Below, piece after piece: positions 11,734 to 24,900 of a stretch of 64,000 bases of DNA. The translations under genes and the position numbers were made by a program. This DNA is from Daphnia carinata (Eukaryota), in the NCBI RefSeq assembly GCF_022539665.2, contig NC_081332.1, positions 310,001 to 374,000 on the forward strand, in the 5' to 3' direction. The notes below the pieces were generated by a model, which was not told the origin of the DNA, searched no databases, and worked only from the letters and a program-made list of their open reading frames with translations. Each line of letters starts with the position of its first letter. Position 1 is the first letter of the stretch.

Positions 11734-14363
11734 ATGGCTTCAATACGCCATGCGGTAGTTAGTCTTAGCATAGGAACCTGGAGCAAAAACTCTCAGAAAT
11801 TTCTCTTTCCTCCGCGTACTCTGTTAATGTCAGCAATGGCTGCAGATAGAAGATTTTCCTATAATGGTTTAAAAAATTTCAATGGTTATGGAACTAAAAC
11901 ACCTTTTTTAATTGGCGTTGCCGGTGGGACAGCATCTGGCAAAGTATTATGTTGCATAGGTTATATATAAATTTCTTCTGACCATATTTCTTTTTCTTGT
12001 AACTTCGTAGTCGACAGTTTGTTCAAGAATCATTGAAATGCTTGGACAAGGTCAGTTAAAATTGCTGGCTGCATTATCAGTAAAAAAAAAAACTCATGAT
12101 CTACTTTAACTATTCCAGATGAAATAGACCATAGACAACGTCAAGTTGTCTGCATCAGCCAGGACAGTTTCTATAGAGAATTAAATCCTGCAGAAAGCAT
12201 TAAAGCATCCAAGGGGCTTTTTAATTTTGATCATCCAGGTTTGTTTTGCATGAATTAGGTTTAATTTTTAAATAGTTTTATTTCAGGATAAGTTTTATTG
12301 TTTATTGATTTATTGTTTTGTATTTGTAGATGCTTTCGATAATCAATTGATTTTGAAGACACTTCAAGATATTTTGGATGGAAGAGTTTGCAAAATTCCT
12401 GTTTATGATTTCAAGACCAACTCAAGGTGTGAAAATATATGTGTTAAAACAGCCAAATAATTTATACCAGATCATGTTTTCAGAAAATTGGATGAATTTG
12501 TCACGATTTACCCTGCTGATGTACTACTGTTTGAAGGGATATTGGTTTTTTATTTTCCTGAGATAAGAGAAGTTTTCCATATGAAACTGTTCGTTGATAC
12601 TGATGCTGATACGCGTCTATCCAGAAGAGGTCTCGTATTCATTGCTTAATTTCAAATGAAATCATAACCGATGTGCTTTATTATAGTTCTTCGCGATATA
12701 CGGGAACGTGGAAGGGACCTTGAACAAGTATTGGCTCAATACACCACACTAGTTAAACCCGCTTTCGAGGAATTCTGTTTACCGGTAAAGTTTTGATAAT
12801 TCTATGTTTAGTCGATATGTATAGATAGAACAGTAAAAGTTAAGAATTGCAATTTATGGAAATTAATGATTTAATTTTGTTTTTAGACCAAAAAATTTGC
12901 TGATGTCATTATTCCACGTGGGGCAGACAACACAGGTCAGTTTAATTGGTACAGTAGCATAATTAGTTGTTTAATTTGTTGGAGTACGATATAGTATAAA
13001 GAAACAAATTTGGGTGAAGAACTATGATATGCTGAAAATACTGACAATGGAACGCTTTTTAAAAATTATTTCGTGAATGGTGGCACAATTCTGTCATCAA
13101 GAGAATATCGTATCCCATTTCTAGTATTCGCATAGTGAAAATTATTTACTATCATCCTTCATCGGTTTGCTATAGGGCATATATATGCTATAGGCTGTAT
13201 TTTTATTTTCAGTGGCCATTGGACTAATCGTCCAGCACATAAGGGATATAGTAATCTGCAACGCAAATCTGACTGGACGTAGGGGATCCTATTTACAAAG
13301 TGCTGCTATGATGTCTTCTTGAAGATGAGATATATCCAGGGACCTAGTACAGCTCATTCGGGAAATGCGTAAAAGGGGTTAGGGAATTGAGATGCTAAAC
13401 TTACCAATCAAATGAAGGCGCCCCAATTCATTACCATTTGCTATGCGTTCCCTATAACACCTCACATACGATGGTTTTAAATCCTCATTCCGATTATCAT
13501 ACCCATTTGACTTTTCCTTTGATTTGTAAGAGAACATGTAAATTGTTCTTCACGGTATCCGTTTTTGTCTGAATTTTTTTTTCTCAGACAATTGAAATGT
13601 GCCTTATTAATTTTCTCTTTTTCTCATTGGTGTACCGAATCAAAAGTAATATTTTTGCGTTATATGTTCCCATCACGAAGTGGAAGATGAAAGAAAAATC
13701 TGACAGCTCAGAGATCTGTGATTCAATTGTGACGTTTCGCTGCTGGATTTCCTCATTTCTGAATTCGTGAAGGGACTGTAATTGAAATGGACCGATAATA
13801 CACATTATTGTTGAATCTTTTCTCATCAGAGCGTCTGCGTTTTCAGACATTCTGTTCAAATCGTTTTTGTAGAGCTCATGATCGACTTGAATTCTTTGTT
13901 ATTGATGTACATGTCGACGTACGTCAAACTAGGGCAGCGATTCCGGATATATTTTTACGACTCAACTTAAAATATATTAAAAAATATAAACGGTTAGCTA
14001 AAATAAATGGGGTTCTGCGTACATATGAAGCAGCGATAGTTCGATTTCTTGGATGGCGTTGTGATCCACATATGTCATGAATTACGGCCAGTTCTCTTAT
14101 TTCGATAAACCTAATTATGGATCATAGTATAAAACACTATATTATGGATTACAAACTAATATTCATAATGGATTTTTATATTTTCAGTGGCCATTGGATT
14201 AATTGTGCAACATATAAAGGAATTATTAAACTATCGCAATGGCAACGTACTGCAGCAACAGAGGGACCGTCAGATCGCGCTGCAGCAACAGCAGGCACAC
14301 TTGGATGAAAATGGTAAAAGAAATCGACACAACTCAGATTCTTTTTTTACGCGACCTCATTAG
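11734..14363 (+). CDS. Uck: Uridine-cytidine kinase, isoform with conserved ...RPH C-terminus (exons 11734-11943, 12011-12050, 12119-12238, 12330-12426, 12484-12629, 12687-12784, 12887-12935, 14188-14363); second in-frame ATG at 11827
   Basis: P-loop [18 protein letters not shown], then [73 protein letters not shown], and C-terminal TRPH* as in UCK1/2. Confidence 0.95.
13213..13322 (+). CDS. Uck: Alternative (proximal) terminal exon of the uridine-cytidine kinase
   Basis: Acceptor tattttcag|TGGCCATTGGA is identical to the one at 14188. It reads in the correct phase as [36 protein letters not shown]. Confidence 0.8.
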
Positions 14364-17300
14364 CTGATTTCGTAAGTCAAAAAATGATATGGCTTCCTTC
14401 CCTCCCTGTTTCATACGAACCCCGTGGGCTATTTCAACTTTTGTGGTGGGATGTACACAAATGTATTAGTCGTGTTTTTAGCGAGCATCCCAGCTAGTCG
14501 GGTCTGATGGATCTCTTCCTTCTTTGCCGGAGGCCATAATCACGTGTCGCTTAGACGGCCATCATGCAGTGTATTAATTGGTCGTCATCCACAAAATGAC
14601 GTAATGTAATTTGGGGAGGGAATAGATACTGTAGCAGTCGTGATTGAGTTTCTATTAGCTGACTCGTTCTGCAAAATTTCATATAGAATTTCACATCTGT
14701 TTTCTTCCGAATAATATCGGCACCGAATCTTACCGTCTACTCTATGAAAATGTTAGGCTACCCGTGTTTCACCCAGAAACTGTTCAAATGCTCCCTTATT
14801 TGAATAATAAAAAAAGGAAAATACCGAAAATGTGTGATTTTGTGATCTATGTTTTAGTAGCACCTTTCGGTCGAAAAACTCGTATAGAACTGTTCGAACT
14901 GCCGACTTCAGTAGCGACCATAATTCCTTAATTATTAGAACGGAATGTGGCAATCCTTAGAATTCAACAGAGCTAAACCATTTAAAGATGGTTGTTTTTA
15001 ATCGCATTGGCACTGAAGTGGAACTGTTAACGTATAAATTCGATTGGATCATGGTTTTTATAAGGGCGTAATAACCATAATCAGAAGGCAGAACGAAAGA
15101 CAGGCACAGCACAATGACTATTAATAAATTTTTTGAAAAATTCCACAAGAAGCAACTTGTTGCTCGTACAATTCAAAACGTCGGCGCGCTTCCGTCACAT
15201 ATTTATATTAACGATATGTATTTAAATTCATGAGTACGATGAGAAAAAGTTTCCTTTGTGAGAGGCAAAAACTCTTACGTTGAAGTCCTTCTATTACCGC
15301 ATAAGGCATTTCTGTTTAAGGGGATGAGAAGAACATTTTCTTCCTTTTGTCGATTTCGGATTGAAGAATTGGCTGTTTTTATTTTGTTAACCTTCTAGGA
15401 CGAAACGATCAAGACCGACGATGATGAATCTGCTGACGAACGCATCGTTTCATATCGTGACCTTCCCATCCGTAAAGAGGGAAAAAAGACATACCAAAAC
15501 CTTCATCTACGTTGTTGTTAAATCTTTCTTTGCTATTATAATTCAATCTACCCATATTTTCATCCCGATTCGGATGCATCAGGCATTATTTTTTGCGACC
15601 AATATCATTTTCAGACAAGGTGACAAAAAAATAAGTTTTTTTTTCAATCTAGACCATGTCAATTGTTAAATTTTTGTTGATAGAATGTTTCTTTGTTTTT
15701 AAAAACATTCTGATGTTTTTAATATTCCAATAAATGCAGCTGAACGGCGCTCACTGAAAGCTATGCACAAACGCATAGTATAGCTCTTGTTTTCTACACT
15801 TAAAAAAATTAAAAAACATAATTTTAAGCTTCGGCTCCTTTGAGTTTTGGTTTCATAATACTTTGATTTAAGTATGGTTTTTTTTTCGTCGTAGTTCGGA
15901 TGCATTACGTAATGCAGTAATGCGTAAACAGGTCCATTGTCAATTGGGGAAAATTGACCACGGGAACAAACTATTCTGTCGTAAAAGAACCACTTTAAAG
16001 TGGGCCCATAGCTTTGGTATTTTTGTTTTAACACGAAAACACTGAGCAATAGTTAATATAAAAGGGAAATTGTTCGTTTCATAACAATACAATATTTCAA
16101 TGTTCACGTACCAAATAATCAAGCGCGCTAGAACACATGTTGAACATCCAGTTCAACAGTAACCTAGCAATTATGTCGCCACCGTGTAGAAGGTTTAGCA
16201 ATTGACGGTGTCGGCTTCAGTGTTTATTAGCAGGGAATGAAGGATGCGTAACCTAGGCCCTGGTGCACCGTCTATGGCGCTGTTCAGCGACCCTAAGAGC
16301 AAGTAACGGTAAACCATTTAGAATTCTTTCTGTTTTAATTCCTTATATTTCTCTGTTTGGTCGACCAGCTTTCTTGCCGTTCTGCTTTTTTTTCTGCGTA
16401 TGTTTGTGAAAGCACTTCAAATTATTTTCCTGCCGTTGACTCAGGTTGAAAACACTAAGGAAAGAGGCTAATGTAAGCGTTCCACCCCAAGCCAGCCGAG
16501 AGATTCACAACTCCGTGAATATTACGTAAATCGTGTTTTAAGTTTCAACAAGAACTTGTGTGGAATATTCTTGAACTGTGCAAATATTTCAGTCCTGAAT
16601 CCGTACACTACGATTTTCAGAACTCTAAGGCCTCCGTAGTCAGATCTGCTATATTTTTAAAGAAAATGAACAAATCGATTGACGGCGTGGTGCGACCAAA
16701 GGCTGGCATTTAAAAACAAGGCATTATTGCAGTGAAAATTTTTGGCTTAGCCTAGTACACGCTAGCTAAGCCAAAGCTTCATCGTACCCAATAACGGTTT
16801 CCTTCCATTATGTATTGGGGCTGCTGTGAGGCAGTGTAGCCATTTTTTGTGATAGGTGTAGTAGTTAAAACTTTTATCAGCTTTGACTCTTTCTTAAGTT
16901 ACATACGTGGTTTGCTTCTGCAACTATACACAGCATCACCTATTCGTCCATTATCATTCATTACTTCTGGTCCATATGCAAGCGTGATGCTACCAAGTTT
17001 AGTTACGAGGTAGCTATGACCACTTGTTTCCCGAAGAGGTCCCCATTTTATTTCATGCATTTCGTTGAGTTATCGAGGAAAATTTATAATCTTCAACATC
17101 ATTCTTGTTATATGAATCAAGTTTCGCACTCTCTAGGTCACGGATACCGTTGAAAACCTTAAGGTGGTGCCTTTTCCCCAAAGCCATCTGTATCAAATAT
17201 ACGGAACTTTATCATCGTCGATCATTGCGGCGAATTTCTTTATTAAAAATTAAATATTTTGAAATCCAAATTTTATTGCTTACTTTTTTTTCCACTTGTG

Positions 17301-18997
17301 TTTACAAGATTGAAGCTTCATCTCGTGTACATATTGGTAACATAACACTGCTGAATGAAGGGGAAACGTCACTGGTATCGTCATTGCATCTTTCATTTCC
17401 GCCAGATAAGTACGTGACAAGTCAATAGACATAAGACACTATGTGCCATGCACGCCATAGGAAGAGCTCCGCCAGCTGGCGGCGTGATGGTAACATAGCC
17501 AGTTGAAAGGGAATTCAAAATGTAATTAAATCCTTGAACATGCTGAAAATGGTAGGAGCTATCCAAACTGAGATTTCCCTGTTTCATTCGGCCATCCACG
17601 GAAAGCAAAAGCACTTCCGTATCCGACCATAGACACTTACGTTTCGTTTTTTAACAGTTCATGTCTAACAGCCTAATTTTTAGTAGATTGGGACAGAGAA
17701 GCAATCGTTGTCCGCTTTTCTGGTATGCTTAATTTCCCTTTGAATATTCGATATTGTTCGTGTCCCATAAGAGCAGTACCAAGCTTTGGCTTCTGGTTTG
17801 TATAATTAGATGTGGTAAGGAAATCCAATCCGAAAGTGAGCCAGTGTGTTTCGTATAATTAGCGAATGAACGAAAGATGTGATACATTGGAAGGCTTAAT
17901 GTATTGTTTATGGGATTGTGAATGTTTACAGTAGGACAACGTGCAATAATAACTGTTTTGAAACTTCACTAGTCGCTTAGCAATTCACAAGAAACAGAGG
18001 AAAAATAAAACCATTTGCATAAATGATCTGCTTTACCCTTGTGCCAAGGTGAGACGATAATCTGATGTGTAAAATATGCTGTCCTATTTCGAATAAAGGC
18101 AAGCTACCGGGTGAGTATGTTAGCTACTCGTTACAGAAAAGCGGGGCATCATCTAGTTTTAAAAACTTAAAACCAAACAATTGTGGACAGTTTTCGTGGG
18201 TGTTATACCAACTGTATCAAAACGGCTAAGACATGATTAAAGTGGTGTTTGTATAGGAACAGATGCAAACAACACGTTCTGGATGGATTCTTAAAATCCT
18301 ATTGCACCTCGGTTTTCAATGCTTGGAAAAGGTGAACTCTGCACATATTTGGGAAGTCAATTTGGCTTGTGCCTGTAGATAGCCGCTACCACAAGCATCG
18401 TGACTTTTGTTCTGGTAGTTTGAGTGGCATTGAAGTTCTTTTTCTTTCTTTCTTTTTATTATTATTTTTTTTTTTACTGGCAAGTGGAGTAACTTGTCGC
18501 TTTAGCTAATAACGTTCGCTTCTTTAAAATGACAATAATGCAGCCCATGCTGGAAGTTCCGAGCCGTTTTGCCAATTCCCCGAATTTGCTAGAGGACAGC
18601 AGGAACAGACTTTTTTCTTTAACCCTCCAATACAAGATAGAAAATGATTTCTCCAAAAATAACTAAAGAAAAATCCAAACTGCGCCAGAACTTTTCAACG
18701 ACCACTTGAAAAAAAAAGTTACTGATGAGACATAGGATCAATGACAGCAAGGCCTTCCTATAGTTCGAAGCCCTACCTTAAAACAATCGCATGATATACT
18801 TTTTACTGCACAGTTTGCAGCTGAATTTTTTTAGAAAAGCAAAATAATTTTTCATATAATACTAGTGAAGACACATAGTTTTCAAATTCAGATAATGCGA
18901 TGGTCGTTGACTTAGCCTTCCCTTTGATATTTAGGAAGTTACCGCTGCGCTGTCTACTTCAGTTTCATGCTTTTGTCGCGTTTCACTTTTGGCTAGG

Positions 18998-21900
18998 TTA
19001 TATATCGTTGGGATGGTATCCTAAACGTTTAAAAAAGTTGAATGGTTTTACGAACCGAATAATTTTAAACTCTAGAGTATTAACAAAATGAAAAATATGC
19101 AAGTATGACTTTACAATAGGCATACCTAAATTTTTGCGCATCAGAAACATGTGAATCTCCTTAAACGTGGGCCGGTCGTAAGAGTTACACTTCCAACATT
19201 CACACATCAAATCGTAAATCTCCTTGGGGCAAAGGATCGGGCTGGCGAGCAACATCTACATAAAATTTGTTGTCGAAAATAGCCGAAAATAAAACAACTT
19301 TTATAGTACTACTGAGAATGTTCAAATTGACTTGTAAGGCTGATGAAGCAGGTTTAGAATTTGAATAATCGGCATGCAATAAAGCTTTCTAATCATACGA
19401 CGTTATAACGGTAGCTAACCTCGTTGAATCCCCCTTCATGTTGTTGGTAATGCAATAGCAAATTAAGCACTTCTTTGTCTGTTAGAGCCTCAATGGGCGG
19501 ATCCCGAGCGAACGTCAGTATCTCCCACTTGGATTTAAAAAAAAAAAAAAATCAATAATTCACTTACACACTAATCTATGGCATTTTGAGCGTTTTATGT
19601 ACAAAAATCTGAAATTTCCTACCAAGAGAACGGCAAAAGACCAGACGTCGCTAGCTGAACTATGTTTTCCCTATACAACGCATTGAAATCTGTTAATATA
19701 TCATGTAAAGGTTAATTACAAAGCAATGCTTACCAGGGTAACACTTTCCCACGCCATCCATCTAAGAGGAATGCATCGACCGTCATCCATCGCAAAGTAA
19801 TCGGCTGGATATCGTTTGCTACTAATGTCGAAAGACGCGATTTTTACTACGTAATTGGCTTCCACAAGACAGTTCCTACCAACCACAGAGAACGCGATGT
19901 TAAGTGTCTGCCCTGCATAAGAAATTATTTTAAGTACCTGGCGGCCAAGTCTCGATGAGTGATTTGCCGAATTTCCAAATACTCCATCGCGGCCGCAATT
20001 TGCTTAGCCATATAGATAAGGCACCCGTAGCTATATATTAACGATTATTGACACACGTTCATTAAAGAGAAATACACACACACAGACAGACACACAATTA
20101 GAAATGATGGTATTTTGCGGAATTTACCTAAGGCTCCTTTCACTAAGGGACGACGTTTCTGCGACATGATCTTGCAGAAACTGGTACATATCTCCAACGT
20201 CTCCGTAGGCATATACTAAGGAGACCCCATCTTCGGCATGTTTTAACGATACAATGCCGAGAAGCGCTAACAGTTTGTCGTGCTGCAGTCCGCTTAGCAC
20301 TTGGCATTCCTTGTCCACGTCAACCCTGTCAAAATGTCAAAGACAAGGTCAATCTATTAAGCAATATCCGTATGTCTCATTGCTGCTTCATAAAGTTGAT
20401 ACGTTATAAGAGTTTGTTGTTTTGTTATAAGGGAGACGGTAAGCTGAACTATATAGGTTTATTGTGTCATTACTTTGTCCAGTAAGACGGGAAGTGACGA
20501 GTGAGTACGCTTGCTGTCGTTGAGTCATCAATCAGCTGACACAAATATACCTGCAATCACAAACAAGAGAGGATTTGAGGTTTCGTACGACAACCTGAGC
20601 TTGGCTATGCTACTGTTAGTTCTTTCTATCCCTCGTGATAGATCGATAAGCTGCTATATAATTCACGGTGTGCCTTAGCAACGGCAGCGCTACCATAGTT
20701 ACACACACCGGTGATTTCTATTATAAATCAAGTGCCCGATGAAAATCGTTGATAGCCAACCTCGAGTCTTGTGCGCTGGAAAAAAAAATGTCAAACATTG
20801 TGATTTCATATGGCAACTTGTTGTCCCCTTTTATCTTATCACACCTTTTGTTCGGATTTTATGACAGAACAAAGGAAATGGCGAAAATAGAAACAAACCT
20901 CAGCGCCGAATTGCCCGCTCGATAAATGTTCAAGACGATTCAACGTCGCTGAAGGAATTTCAGCTAATCGTGTGTAAGTGCAACGTGTTGACGATGGTTC
21001 AGTTTGCTGTTGCAACAAGTCTGCAGTAGCGTAGAATCCGCCCATGTCTGGCGAAAAGAATGGAGGCATTTCGTTGGCGGAATTCGAAATGCAATTCATA
21101 TGCGTGTAGAGCCGGGACATGAAGGAGACGTTCACCGACGGCGACGTGATCGTGTTACGCTCAGTTGGAAGTAAACGGATCGGAATATCGTAATCCTGTT
21201 GGGCTATTAAAAAATAATCAGTTAAAAGAAGGTTTCTAGTTTTTCACATCTTTATTCATCTTATAATAAAGGATTTCTTAAAATCTAATTGTCTAAATTT
21301 CATCGCGCTCTATTCACCTGGGACGACTTTCCTGACTGGCGGATTTGACATCGTTTCTGGTTTCCGGCTTGAGCAAACAGAGCACGAGTCGTCCGAGAAT
21401 GGCTCGTTGTAAACAGTTGAAGAATTTTCTGTGGAGGAACTGTTTCTACCTAAATTCGTTGGGTTGAGCTGCCCGATGGGGGAGTAGATCGCCGCTTCGT
21501 AATTGGAATCATTGTGCGTTCCGAAATGTGGACCTAATTTGTTGTGTTCTGCAACCAAACCGAAATTCTGCTAAAAATTTAAAAAGGATCGGTTTTTTTA
21601 AAATTTGATCTGTGCCAGAATGATCGTTTTCAACCTAAAACAGGAGGTTAGATTACCGGGTTTGTTCTTCCAAATGGCGGAGATAGAACTGATCGACTCA
21701 CGGTTTGCCTGACGTTATGTACACTTCTCGAAATGATGATGGCGAGCGCGAGTGCCAATGCAACGATGATTGAAGTCATGACCCCGATAATAATTCCCGT
21801 GTAACTGTCACTTTCGGCCAAAACTGGAACAGAGAAGCACAAAACACATGCATTTGATGCCCATTTGGATTTGGCACCTCTACACTCCCAATTCAAACTG

Positions 21901-24900
21901 CGTCATATTTATACATTAAATTTAATTGATATATAAAACTCACAGCGTACCGATGACAAATTCAAATAACTCTGCTACATTGCAAGCCATAGTAAATTTA
22001 AGTACAGCATCAAATGCGCACTTTGAAGACGGAAGCAACTGTCAACACATTCGAAACTAACAAATAGTCTCGTGACTTACTATTGTCTTCGATTTCTGAC
22101 GTTTTGATGTGAGCAACTGCGTCCCGCTGTAAGAATCCCTCGTCCGTTTGGCGTCCCCTGACTCGAACGTCATCACTAAAGTTTCCATCGATTTGTTCTG
22201 CACCCGACGGACAGAAGGAAGAAGATGCGATTAAGACTTGACAATTTATAAGTTATAGCTTCATCCGTCAAGAAGATCGTCTTTTTATTTTCAAAAGTTC
22301 TTTGAGATTTTTGAACAGAATTTGACACATACCGATTTTCTTAGGGGCCAACAAGCCTTTTGTAAGCCAAACATCAAGCTAAATGTTTGGCGTCTTTTTT
22401 TTAGATTAAACATATTGAATGAGGGTGAAGTCGGATGTGCTTACCAGACGTAAAGTACAACTCCGAGATGACAAGCCACTCCGCAGCGAACGTAAATTGT
22501 AGTTTGAGATAACGTGCCTGTAACCAATTCAAAATGACCTCTTAATCAATTTTGTAAAACGGAATCATTAATAGGTGAACTGACGCGACAAAGAATGGGA
22601 TGGGAATGGTTGATGGAGCGTAACCATGCAAGGGGAATAGGCAATTATCTAGAAATTTAGAACGGTACCATTTTAAAGCCGAGATGGATCGATACGTTGC
22701 GGGCATTGGCCAGGAAACGGTCGGGCATGTAGGAATAAATGACGCTGCTGCTGGAAGGAAACTGGCGACCACCGATGCTGAACAGAACTCGCAACTCCGA
22801 AAACACCTGAAAAAAAAGATTAAAATAAAATATCAAACAGAGAGTCATACATCGTTTATGAAGCTTTAATTGCAATTAAATAAATGAACCAAAGGAAAGG
22901 CCAATTTGGCTTACATGCTTTAATCAATTCAATTATGGAAGTCTAGTGGACAATAGCGAAGTCGTCTGTTTCGAACAGAAAAAACAAACAAAGCTGATGA
23001 GATGACTAATTCAATTACTGCTCTGACGATGCTGGAGCATACGATCGAGTGGAATCAGCGTAGGTGAACAGTTACATATGCAGTACGACTAATGTTAAAG
23101 CATCCGTATAACTCGAATAAGTCTGTTCACTTTCCCCTATGGTTGAGCTTCAAACGAAGGGTTGTCGCACTCATTCCACTATAAAATGAGATTTAATCGA
23201 AAGGAAACCCCACACGATTTTTTTTCTCCACCTTGCACATCGATCAGGTTTGCTGGCTCTCCACCATTATACACAGGCAATACCTTTGCGGCGAGAGAGA
23301 GGGGGAGTGAGATAGTTGGGCGTGATGGGCATTGCTCAGGTCTTTGTGAAGTAAAATCAATAGAGCTGCATTGTATAGCATGTGGAGCGTGACAGGGTCA
23401 GCGAAAAAAATAAAAAAGCACGGTGCGCCCTGAAAAAATAGCTTGCCTAACCCACCTGGATGTTTTTGTGGAAGTCGTTGTTGGCAAAGACATCGATTCG
23501 CGAGAAGTTACGGACCCCCTGGAATTCGAAAGTCAGTTCTAAGGGACTGAGACGAGGCACGATCGTTTTATTTTGCCAGCCGACCCATTCGTAACCTGTT
23601 GTCAAAGAAAAATGGCCACGTACTACTATTTGTTTTGATTGAGCCAAAACCACTGTAGCTCGCTTTGTAGAACTAGTTGGCGGTACTCGTGAGTTTTGTT
23701 TTAACATCGTAGCATTGCTTCACAACTAAATTTTACCAAAATCATCGACGCCGTGACTTCCAATGCGTCCATCGGTGAGCTGGCCTAGTCCACCTATCAA
23801 ACAAAAAATAAATGCGTGTTAATGATTTCCATTTGTACTTGTTGAATGCACAGAATTTCTTGCGTAGGAATCAAATCTAAGAAATTGTTGCTCACCCTTT
23901 AGAAATCCATTTTCTATTATTCCGTCATAACTTTCATCGATTAGGTCAACGCTACGGAAAACATCGCCTTGAGGAGCTGAATAGCTAACAACTCCGTCTG
24001 TATTAATAAATAGCTTTACATGTCAGTTGTGCATTGGCAAAATATGTTTTTCTAAGAATTCCAATAAATCTAGCTATCTCATCAAAATTCTATATATAGA
24101 CGGATGAAAAAAAAATAAGGAAGGATACTGAAAAACAACGAATGATTATTGGTAAACGTTCGGTCTAATAAACCGTTTTAATTGAAGGAGAATATCAAGG
24201 AAGAGCTAACAATTATCGCAAAGCTCTATGAGGATAATATCAAAAATTGTGATTCCTTTTAGAAGCTAAAAGTACAATGAACTAAATGGCATAAAATGAG
24301 AAAAACCGTTTACCTTCGAACTGACAGCCGGAAAGTTCTAGCCGAAGGCAGACCTGGAAAGTTCACAATCACAAAAAAAAATGGTCAAAGACTGCGAAAA
24401 TACACATATCTGTTACGCACTGTTCTGCGATGTATAGAATGCGGGACGATCCGGATCTTGGCTGCGAGTATAACTGGGCTTAAATCATTTGATGTCACCA
24501 TGTAGGTGTTGGTATTGCCTGTGAAAATCTAGTGCGTAAAATACGGTTAACGTGCTTATATCGAGAGGCGAAAAATAAAATTTAATATATTTTCTCATAC
24601 TTCAACGCCCGTTTGATTTCTATAGCGGACCCAGCGTTCCATTCCGGGTCGCCAATATTCAATTTTAAAATGTTCAACGTACTCCTGACCTTGTCCATTG
24701 CCGAAGCGACCCTGTCAAATTACAAGGCAAAGTACACTCAATTCTCTTTCATTTTCTAGCTGTTGATGCCACAAGTCACCTGCGTTTGGATAGCTGAAAT
24801 GACGTGCATCGTTTTGAGGTCAATTTCAATCCATTCTTTGACTCCGCGCATCACTTGCTGTTTGGGGCACCACGCTCCTCCATTTTTGTCCTTGTTTAAT

